A stretch of DNA of 64,000 bases from Octopus bimaculoides (Eukaryota): positions 105,267,378-105,331,377 of the forward strand of contig NC_068987.1 of the NCBI RefSeq assembly GCF_001194135.2, read 5' to 3'. Shown here one piece after another: positions 49,741 through 60,155 of the stretch (positions are counted from its first letter, which is position 1; each line of letters begins with the position of its first letter). The position numbers and the translations under genes are program-made. The notes under the pieces were generated by a model. The model was given only the letters and a program-made list of their open reading frames with translations. It did no database searches and was not told where the DNA came from.

Positions 49741-50782
49741 ATTTTATAGTAGAAAGTCAGGTATACAATCTAAAGATGAAATAACCCACTTTCGGACTAA
49801 AGACTTTTCGTCAGAGATTGGACGTTGTTACTTACAAGTACTTTTGATTTCAACCATACCAAACAAAAGGTGACTCATGTGTAAGTTGAATTTATCCGCG
49901 AAGAAAGACATTTAAATATTTATATTATTTCGAGGCTGATTATTCACTCCGTCGCTACAAAAAGGTAAAATAACGTAACGTTTTGTACCAACCGGACATT
50001 AATTAAGGTAATGTAAAAGTCTGTCACAGACACACTGATATTACTTTGTGATTTTCTCATTACAAAAAGTCTAATTTGTGTTGAGACAGCTGTTGGACAT
50101 CAAATTTGATCACAATAACGACATTTGACATGGAATATGTAAGTATTAAATATTCTGTATTTTGATTTTACGCAAATAAAGCTTTCATTAAAGTTTGTTC
50201 ATTTAATGTACTTAAAATTACAAAATTTGGGTTTCACTTTCACTCTAGAGGCAGCTGAAAATCGACTCATAGAAATTGGAAGTTTTGTTATTTTGAATAT
50301 TACCGTTCTGTAAGATTTTTACCATTATTTTAGTTTAGTTCGGTAATATTTTCTGCTTTCATTGTTGAATTCTTATGTTACCGTATTCCGATAAACGTAA
50401 CTTAAAAAATTTCACCACTTATTTGTTTCTTTAGACCACACCATTTTTTCTTTTTTAATAAATGGACTGCTTGTTTTATATTTTGAACAAAAAAATCCCC
50501 CAGATCACCTCACCCAAAGAAACGGATTAAAGTTTAAGGATTTACAATTGAGCATAGTTTTGCTTGTAATAACTTAGTCTCTTTGTTATTACTCCGTTTT
50601 CATTTCATATGTATGAATATATTTTGTTTGCAAGTGTAATTACATCTTCATCCCTAATAAACAGAATCTGAAACATTATTTGTAAACCCTTATAGAACTA
50701 ATGTTTTGGAAAAAAACAAAGCAACAAGAAAAACAAAACAATATATTTAGATACTTCAGATTCAAGCAAAACATATTTATAT

Positions 50783-52118
50783 AGGCACGGGAGTAGCTGT
50801 GTGGTAAGTAGCTTGCTTACCAACCACATCGTTCTGAGTTCAGTCCCACTGTGTGGCACCTTGGCCAAGTGTCTTCTACTATAGCCTCGGGCTGACCAAA
50901 GCGTTGTGAGTGGATTTGGTAGACAGAAACTGAAAGAAGCCCGTCGTATATATGTATATATGTGTCTGTGTTTGTCCCCCTGGCATTGCTTGACAACCAA
51001 TGCTGGTGTGTTTATGTCCCCATAACTTAGCGGTTTGGCAAAAGATACCGATAGAATAAGTTCTAAGGTTCCAAAGAATAAGTCCCGGGGTTGATTTGTT
51101 CGACTAAAGGCGGTGCTCCAGCATGGCCGCAGTCAAATGACTGAAACAAGTAAAAGAGTAATAAAGTAGCAGTTAGAATGGAATGAATTGGCCCCTTACG
51201 TTAAAGAAATCTAGTGAGCTTGAGTTCAATCCCTGAGGGAAGGACACATTGGGCACTGATGCAACCCTAGATATCAGAGTTGAATAAAAGACTGGATGGT
51301 CATAATGACTTAGTTTGTGTCATTGGTCATCTGCATCAGAGATGATTTAGGGATCAAATAGCAATGGTGAATGATGTATATGGAGGAAGAAGAATTTTAT
51401 GCTTAACGGTTGAATGGTTTATATACTATTGTGCACAATCTGAAGGTATAGCCATACTCTGTAAAAATGTAGATTTCACACAAGGTTTGCATCTTAATTG
51501 TTTCAGTCATTGGACTGACTATGCTGTGGCACACCCTTGAAGGGTTTAGTTGAATAAATCTACCCCTGTACTTGTATTCCACTTTTTTTTTATAAGTTTG
51601 GTACTTATTCTACTGGTCTCTTTTGCTGAACTGTTAAGTTACAGGGATGTAAACAAACCAACACTGGTTGTCAAGCAGTGCAGGGTGAGGGGAGGAAGGC
51701 AAACACAAAGAAACACGTACGCACACACACACACACACACACATCTATACATATACAACAGGCTACGTTCAGTTTCCGTCTACCAAATTCTCTGCTTGGC
51801 CCAGAGATGGAATATGTAGTAGAAAATACTTGCCCAAGCTGCTGTGCAGTGAGATAACTTGAAACCATGTTGCAAAGTGAGTTTCTTAACCACTGAAATT
51901 CTGTTATTCATGTAAATATTTATCTCTTCAGTTTATCAGCACAGGCATGGCTATGTGGTAAGAAGCTTGCTTACCAGCCACAAGGTTCCGGGTTCAGTCC
52001 CACTGCAAGGTTCCTTGGGCAAGTGTCTTCTACTATAGCCTCGGGCCAACCAAAGTCTTGTGAGTGGATTTTGGTAGACGGAAACTGAAAGAAGCCCANN
52101 NNNNNNNNNNNNNNNNNN

Positions 52119-52155
<37 letters not shown>

Positions 52156-52736
52156 GCACAGTTGTGGCTGTGTGGTAAGAAGCTTGCTTACCAGCCACAA
52201 GGTTCCGGGTTCAGTCCCACTGTAAGGCACCTTGGGCAAGTGTCTTCTGCTATAACCTCGGGCCAACCAAAGTCTTGTGAGTGGATTTTGGTAGACGGAA
52301 ACTGAAAGAAGCCCATTGTGTATATACATATATGTATATGTATACTCAATCCAAACATGAACAAGCAAGAAAAAACGTGAGGCCTGGAATAAGTAGTGTT
52401 ATTGGACACTCAGGAAAAGAAAGAGGATTTCACATTTCGAGCAGAGCTCTTCATCAGAAATATAGAAAAAGTCCAAAGAAGGGAAGACAGAAAGAAAATC
52501 GCCAATGATACACACGTGGTCACATATATATATATGTGTGTTTGTCCTCCTCCTACCATTGCTTGACAACCTATGTTGGTGTGTTTATGTCCTTGTAACT
52601 TAGTGGTCCGGTAAAAAGATTGATAGAATAAGTACTAGGTCTACAAAGAATAAGTTCTGGGGGTCGATTTTTTTCAACTAAAGGTGGTGCTCCAGCATGG
52701 CCACAGTCAAATGACAGAAACAAGTAAAAGAATAAA
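50783..52736. mobile_element. Cluster of SINE A copies: + (50783-51165), - (51500-51892), and a + tandem-head copy (51943-52736)
   Basis: Family A head, body and tail motifs in alternating orientation. Confidence 0.85.
52427..52461 (-). ncRNA. Minimal type I hammerhead-ribozyme motif, probably inactive (H17=G)
   Basis: Minus strand: AUUU-CUGAUGA-A-GAGC-UCU-GCUC-GAAA-UG-U-G-AAAU; stem I 4 bp, stem II 4 bp. Confidence 0.6.
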
Positions 52737-53462
52737 AAAACAGCCCTTTCTCTTTATGTATCTTCTCTGTCTTACATTGTTCCCTTATTATTTCAGGTTA
52801 TCAGATGACGTTGAAATAATATCATTTTCTATTTCAGATAACTCAGCGATATTCATCAACCAACAAAGCTAAAGAAAGGTGTTATGCAGAATAGATAAAA
52901 CCCAGTTTATATAAATCTATGGCTGAATTACTGTGAAATATCTCTTCTGAAATGAGATTGAAAGAAGCATTTCTTTACTTTACTGTTTGTAATAAACAGA
53001 AGATAATTTTGCATTCTAATTAAACCTGTACATATTTATTATGTAAATATAACTGATTTCTTTGCAAGAAATTTCATGGGAGATATATCTTGGAAAATGA
53101 ATCTATGTTGGTGTTAATTTTCTTTTTGGTTTCCTGTTACATGACAGGGTTCTGTTGTAATAATCTGAATCAATCATCTCAAAAATGCTTGCTTCCTAAT
53201 AAATCATCTTTTATAAGACTGTTTGCAGAAGCTTCAGATATTGCCAAACATCACAGTAGATGGAATTATAGTTGGAGGATATTTGTGTGTATATATATCG
53301 TTTAATGTCCGCCTTCCATGCTAGCATAGGTTGGACATATTTATACACACTCACAAAACAAATTTACATATTGTTGTGGAAGAAGAAAAAAATAATGAAA
53401 ATTGAATATTGTGAAAGTCTGAGTTATTTAAGGATTAAAAAAAGACTAATTATCTTGATGAG

Positions 53463-54914
53463 ATGTTGAAACAGACTGGAAAAACATCATTCCACTGTAA
53501 TATTTGTGAAAAATCATTCTCTCAAGAAAGAGATTTAACTACCCAAAAATGTATTCATAGAGGAAAAAGTCCATATTCCTGTGATTTCTGTGGTAAATCC
53601 TTCACTAGGACAAGTCACCTAATTGCTCACAAACGTATCCATACTGGAGAGAAGCTATATCACTGTGATATCTGTGGTAAATCATTCTCTGATAAAAGTA
53701 CTTTAACTAAACACAAACACATTCATACAGGAGAGAATCCATATCGCTGTACCATTTGTGGTAAATCATTCTCTCAGACAAATCACTTAACTAGACACAA
53801 ATATATTCATATTGGAAAGAAGCCATATGACTGTGATATCTGTGGTAAATCATTCACTACTAAAGATACCTTAACTACTCACAAACAAAATCATGCAGGA
53901 AGGAATCCATATCGCTGTGATATCTGTGGTAAATCATTCTCTCGAAATTGTAACTTGACCACTCACAAATGTATTCATACAGGAGAGAAACCATATCACT
54001 GTGACATCTGTGGTAAATCATTCTCTTCAGCAGGTCCTTTAGCTGCTCATAAACGTACTCATACAGGTGAGAAGCCATATCACTGTGATATTTGTGGTAA
54101 ATCATTTTCCATATCGGGTAATTTAAATAAACACAAACACATTCATACAGGAAATAAACCATATAATTGTGATATCTGCGGTAAATCCTTCTCTGCTATA
54201 AGTTCCGTAGCTACTCATAAACGCATTCATTCAGGAGAGTTGCCATATAATTGTCATGTCTGTGGTAAATCCTTCTCAATAACAAGTAACTTAACTAAGC
54301 ATAAACGCATTCATACAGGAGAGAAACCATATCACTGTGATATCTGTGGTAAATCATTCTCTAGAAGTGATGATTTAATTACTCATAAACGTATTCATAC
54401 AGGAGAGAAACCATATCATTGTGATATCTGTGGTAAATCTTTCTCTATAGTAAGTAACTTGACTAAACACAAACGTATTCATACAGGAGAAAAGCCATAC
54501 CGCTGTGATATTTGTGGTAAATCATTCTCTGCAATGTGTCGCTTAAATATTCACAAGCGTATTCATACTGGAGAGAAACCATATCACTGTGACATCTGTG
54601 GGAGATCATTCTCTCAGAGTAGTGTGTTAACTAATCACAGACGCATTCATACAGGTGAAAAGCCATATCATTGTGATATCTGTGGTAAATCATTCTCTGC
54701 AATGTGTAGCTTAAATATTCACAAGCGTATTCATACTGGAGAGAAACCATATCACTGTGACATCTGTGGGAGATCATTCTCTCAGAGTAGTGTGTTAACT
54801 AATCACAGACGCATTCATACAGGTGAAAAGCCATATCATTGTGATATCTGTGGTAAATCATTCTCTCAAGCAAGTCACTTAATTAGACACAAGCGTATTC
54901 ATACAGGAGATTAG
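53463..54914 (+). CDS. Tandem C2H2 zinc-finger protein, 17 fingers (first degenerate, His to Gln), 483 aa
   Basis: Uninterrupted CxxCGKSF-x5-L-x2-H-x3-H repeats with TGEKPY linkers at a 28-aa period. No KRAB/BTB domain visible. Confidence 0.93.
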   Translation: MLKQTGKTSFHCNICEKSFSQERDLTTQKCIHRGKSPYSCDFCGKSFTRTSHLIAHKRIHTGEKLYHCDICGKSFSDKSTLTKHKHIHTGENPYRCTICGKSFSQTNHLTRHKYIHIGKKPYDCDICGKSFTTKDTLTTHKQNHAGRNPYRCDICGKSFSRNCNLTTHKCIHTGEKPYHCDICGKSFSSAGPLAAHKRTHTGEKPYHCDICGKSFSISGNLNKHKHIHTGNKPYNCDICGKSFSAISSVATHKRIHSGELPYNCHVCGKSFSITSNLTKHKRIHTGEKPYHCDICGKSFSRSDDLITHKRIHTGEKPYHCDICGKSFSIVSNLTKHKRIHTGEKPYRCDICGKSFSAMCRLNIHKRIHTGEKPYHCDICGRSFSQSSVLTNHRRIHTGEKPYHCDICGKSFSAMCSLNIHKRIHTGEKPYHCDICGRSFSQSSVLTNHRRIHTGEKPYHCDICGKSFSQASHLIRHKRIHTGD

Positions 54915-55195
54915 CCATATCACTGTGATATCTGAGAGATCATTCTCTCGAAATAGAGATCTACCTACTCACAAATGCATCCTTATAAGAGAGAAGCCAT
55001 AACATTGTGATAATTTTCTCATTCAGGAGAGAAGTCATATTAATATCATTTTTATAGTGGATCATTCTCTCAATATTCTCATTCAGGAGAGAATTCATAT
55101 TAATATCATTTTTACAGTGGATCATTCTCTCAAGTCATTTTAACTTAAACATATTCATACATTAGAGTAAGCATATCACTCTTATATCTAAGTTC
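54915..55195 (+). pseudogene. Degenerate C2H2 finger remnants after the stop codon
   Basis: CCATATCACTGTGATATC..., GAGAAGCCATAACATTGTGAT and CATTCAGGAGAGAAG remnants with frameshifts and stops; 60-bp tandem copy at 55016-55075/55076-55135. Confidence 0.8.
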
Positions 55196-55772
55196 ATTGT
55201 ATATTCATGAAAGTAAAATTATTATGATTAAATTACATCATATTATACATTGCTTGTAATTTTGTTGCCCAGAAATTTCATTGCAGCCATTACATCTTCA
55301 GATATATTCATCATGGCAAATACATCATTGCCAAACTTGTAATGCTTTTTACCTATGTTACAAATACATTGCTAAATGGTAGAAGCAGCTGAGAAGAGTT
55401 CCACTTGGATCTGGTGAAGTAGGAATGTAGATGAATTACAGAAAGAGTAATATACCTTCTGGCTAAACTGGTTACAACAGACAAGGTACATTGGTTCTGG
55501 GGCACCTTAAGTGTTCAGAGGATGGCATTACAGACAGTAACACAGAATATGGAAGCACCGTTATTCAGGAGTTATGACCTGGACACTGTCTAGCCTTCTT
55601 AGAGTGAAATGAGGTAGAGGGTCTCTGAAAACTTTTTGCTGTTCAGCTCTCTGTATTTAAGTTTTCATTTGCCAAATAAGTGTATCATATTTCAAGAAAA
55701 GCGGTTCAAAGACAAAAATTCCCTCCTATAATTTGAAAAGTTTTAGGAATCTTGAAAAAGGAACTGAAGAAA

Positions 55773-56160
55773 TAATTGTTGTTGGCACTCCATCGCTTAC
55801 GACGTCGAGGGTTCCAGTTGATCTGATGAACGGAATAGCCTGCTCGTGAAATTAACTTGCAAGTGGTTGAGCATTCCACAGACATGTGTACCCTTAACGT
55901 AGTTCTCAGGGATATTCAGCGTGACACAGAGTGTGACAAGGCTGACACTTTGAATTACAGGCACAACAGAAACAGGAAGTAAGAGTGAGAGAAAGTTGTG
56001 GTGGAAGAGTACAGCAGGGTTCACCACCATCCCCTGCCGGAGCCTCGTGGAGCTTTTTAGGTGTTTTCACTCAATAAACACTTACAACGGTCTGGGAATC
56101 GAAACCGCGATCCTATGACCGCGAGTCCGCTGCCCTAACCACTGGGCCATTGCGCCTCCA
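55773..56160 (-). mobile_element. SINE family B
   Basis: Reverse complement of 43697-44083. Confidence 0.9.
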
Positions 56161-56578
56161 CATTTCTTTATATAATTCTCATTATATAAAGAAATATAAA
56201 GATAGTGCAACTAGAACTCCAAGCATTGTCAATGAATCACAATATTGCAAGACACTAGAATATTTTAAAGACATTGCTTGTAATTTATCTTTATAGTTCA
56301 ATTTTAACTGTGTTCTTATTTTCATTCTTGGATTCTATTCTTAAAAGTAAATCTATTTTGTTTTATATATACTTGATATTTTGTCATTAAATTTCTTGTT
56401 CAATTTTAAAATGTATTGTATTTATGGTGCAAATAAAATTTTTATACAATGTCTAACATTGTCTTTTAGTGTGCAGATGGAAAAAGAAAAGTAACTTTTC
56501 TTCTTTACATCACTTGTCTTTTTGTACAGGAGATGAAGGTCAGCATGATCAACTTTGTATTTAACAAGCCTGCACTGC

Positions 56579-57170
56579 AATCATCATCATCATCATCATG
56601 CTAGCATGGGTTGGACGATTTGACTGGGGACTGGCAAACCAGATGGCTACACCAGACTCCAATCTGATCTGGCAGAGTTTCTACAGCTGGATGCCCTTCC
56701 TAACACCAACCACTCTGAGAGTGTAGTGGGTGCTTTTTACGTGCCACCAGCACGAGGGGCCAGTCCGACGGTACTGGCAACGGCCACGCTCAAATGGTGT
56801 TTTTTATGTGCCACCTGCACAGGAGTCAGCCAATGTTTTGTTCACATGCCACCGGCACAAGTGCCAGTAAGGTGAAGCTGGAAACGATCGTGCTCAAATG
56901 GTGCTTTTTATATGCCATTGGCATGGGAGCAAGACCGCTGCTCTGGCAGTGATCCCGCTCGGATGGTGCTGTTAGCGCTCCACTGGCATGGGTACCGGTC
57001 ATCAAATTTGGTTCAGTTTCGATCTCACTTATCTTAGGAAGGGCATCCAGCTGTAGAAACTCTGCCAAATCAGATTGGAGCCTGGTGTAGCCATCTGGTT
57101 TCACCAGCCCTCAGTCAAATGGTCCAACCCATGCTAGCATGGAAAGCGGACGTTAAACGATGATGATGAT
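56579..57170. mobile_element. Second tails-outward SINE D fold-back
   Basis: (CAT)n...TAGGAAGGGCATCC arms at about 56579-56705 and 57032-57170. Confidence 0.88.
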
Positions 57171-57530
57171 ATATATAGAATTATAATTTTCTTTCGAAAA
57201 ACATAGCGCAGAAGTGCTCAAGTCAAACCAGAGGCGCTAGACAAGTATAATAGATACAATAGAAAAGGTTCAAATCAAGCAGACTACGATTAACACATAT
57301 ACGGGTTTAATTAGGATAAAATAAGAATTGTCCAATCGGAAACATATATTGATATATTAGAAATATAAAAATATATGAATGCTAAAAATATACATGGACA
57401 TATATATAGATATGTAAACATAATAATGAAATATAGAAAAAAGACGTTTTTAAAAATTCAAAATATAATATAGAGAAAGTAATAGGCATTAAAAAGAGTT
57501 TTGGGTAACATGTTAGAGGTAAATAAGGTG

Positions 57531-57618
57531 TCCCAACGATCGTTTCAGGAGTACATTCGTCAAGATTACATATGAATTTTAAGATTCGTTTCTATAGAAT
57601 GCCTCCATCATCAGGGGA
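57531..57618 (-). ncRNA. Type I hammerhead-ribozyme motif with palindromic stem III (Penelope/retrozyme type)
   Basis: Minus strand: UCCC-CUGAUGA-UGGAG-[51 nt]-CUCCU-GAAA-CGAUCG-UU-GGGA. Confidence 0.65.
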
Positions 57619-58621
57619 AAATAGTGTTTATGCTAGATATGCATTTAGTTCCTATATATATATATATATATATATATATCAACAAAAACCAAACCAACAC
57701 TGGACTTCACCTAAAACATAAGTCCTACTATTCATTTTACATTAAAAATGATACAGTAAAATGCATGTAATACATTGCTAAAACCACTGCTTCAGTATTT
57801 ATACATAAGCAAGAAGATATTCCTGGAAAAAATAAGTACTCGTTACAATATGTAAGATTCACAACTATAAGATCAATATAAAACTGTACTACATTATGAG
57901 ACTGTCTTATTGTTGAAAGACTGCCTGAGAAGGTATAAAGTATCTGTGCTTAATACAATATCAAAACAATAGCCTGGAGTGTCACTTGTTTAACTGAAGG
58001 GAAATAACTGAACACCTTATGCATTCGAAGTAAGCCTTACTAAATAGAAATAATACGATTCTTAAAGATTAAATTCACAAATTGTCGAAAAGACCTAATC
58101 AGGGTCATTGATGGAAATGGACGGGGATATGCTTGATGATGGTGTTTCCCCAATTTTCGGCTCCTTGGTGTTGTAGGAGTAAGTTGTTTATAGCGTCTAC
58201 CTCTCCTTTCCAACCTTAGTTTCATAGACCTTAACATATCCGTAAAACCAATTACGATTACTTCTCATAGTTACAACAAACATTATGAATGGCAAGTCAT
58301 TATAGAAATTAAATAACGATGGAAGCTATGGAAAATAAAGGTTGTAGTTCATATAGTGTTAACTGAGAACTCAATTAGCAATGCTAGACTATAGAAAATA
58401 ATAAATGTACTGTATATACATACAATACTGAAAACTCAACCAGTAATGAAAATCTGGGATATATATCAAGTTCTACATATTATCACACACTAATTCATAC
58501 GTAAGCATCAGCATAAAACCAGGTACACAAAACCATTTTAGTAAAATATTCAGAGGGAGACAAAGCAGCCAGAGACTGACAGGTAATGTAACTCTTGAAG
58601 CAGGACGACGTTGGTTTAAAC

Positions 58622-58971
58622 CAGAGGTACTCAACCATTTTTATCTATGGACCTCTTTGATTACTATTTTATTGTAGTGGACCCCCATAGCCGTTCGATG
58701 CTTAAAACTAGATTTATTGAAACTTCTTTCTAAATTCTTATTTTGTTTTTCACATATTAACTTGTGGAGGTTGAACTACGTAAAATGTTAGAGTGAAGCC
58801 TAGTTGTTTCTTACAATACACACCAATACATATATCTAAAGTAAAACTTTTTTCAGAGGCCCTTAAAATATTATCGTGGATCCTCAAATTACTATTTTCT
58901 TACGTGCCCCGTCCCCTTCCAATCTCACATGGACCCTGAAAGGCTATATGGATTCCAGTTGAGAAACACTG
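58622..58971. mobile_element. hAT-type MITE
   Basis: Perfect 8-bp TSD GTTTAAAC (58614-21 and 58972-79); TIRs CAGAGGTACTCAAC / CAGTGTTTCTCAAC. Confidence 0.88.
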
Positions 58972-60155
58972 GTTTAAACCTTTTGTATTCTGTGAGAACT
59001 GTAGAAAAACTGCTGATTTTAAATATAAATTAAGCTGTCAGTAAAACTCAAGGGAGACAACTCATCGTGTGCATGGGAAATAACTCTTCCAAATAAAATT
59101 CATGTTGTCTTTTCCTGTCTTCGGAATCGTGAAATTCCTATTACACAATAACCAAAACCGACTTCACATATTTTACTGGTGTTACAACACACGCTCACAC
59201 GCACGGATGCAGACACATACGCACACACAAGCTCACACGCACGGATGCACACACAAGCTCACACGCTCGGATGCACACACATACGCACGCACGCACGCAT
59301 ACATGTATATATCATCAAAAACTGGAGAAAAGAACATCAATGGAGATAAGTACTTACATCTAGGCTATAGGTTGTTCGTTGGTACTTCGAAGTTACTTAT
59401 ATCCACTCTTGCAAAAGTATAATGTGTGTGTATATATATACATGTACATATAAAATAAATAATATCTATCTATCTATCTAATAGTTTTGTATACATACAT
59501 ACGTACATACATGCACACACATACACACACACACACATACATACATACATATTCACACACACAAGCATAACGAGTTGCTTACATGCATTTGTTGATGCTT
59601 CGAAAAATACTATAAGAGTATATATATATATATANNNNNNNNNNNNNNNNNNNNNNNNNNNNNNNNNNNNNNNNNNNNNNNNNNNNNNNNNNNNNNNNNN
59701 NNNNNNNNNNNNNNNNNNNNNNNNNNNNNNNNNNNNNNNNNNNNNNNNNNNNNNNNNNNNNNNNNNNNNNNNNNNNNNNNNNNNNNNNNNNNNNNNNNNN
59801 NNNNNNNNNNNNNNNNNNNNNNNNNNNNNNNNNNNNNNNNNNNNNNNNNNNNNNNNNNNNNNNNNNNNNNNNNNNNNNNNNNNNNNNNNNNNNNNNNNNN
59901 NNNNNNNNNNNNNNNNNNNNNNNNNNNNNNNNNNNNNNNNNNNNNNNNNNNNNNNNNNNNNNNNNNNNNNNNNNNNNNNNNNNNNNNNNNNNNNNNNNNN
60001 NNNNNNNNNNNNNNNNNNNNNNNNNNNNNNNNNNNNNNNNNNNNNNNNNNNNNNNNNNNNNNNNNNNNNNNNNNNNNNNNNNNNNNNNNNNNNNNNNNNN
60101 NNNNNNNNNNNNNNNNNNNNNNNNNNNNNNNNNNNNNNNNNNNNNNNNNNNNNNC

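Noticed and set aside
53875-54162. Antisense ORF with repeated MIYH.YHSDM
   Set aside because: It is a shadow frame of the periodic zinc-finger codons.
54912-54914. A-to-I read-through of the ZNF UAG stop (to Trp)
   Set aside because: The next finger has a frameshift within about 20 nt, so read-through would add no intact finger.
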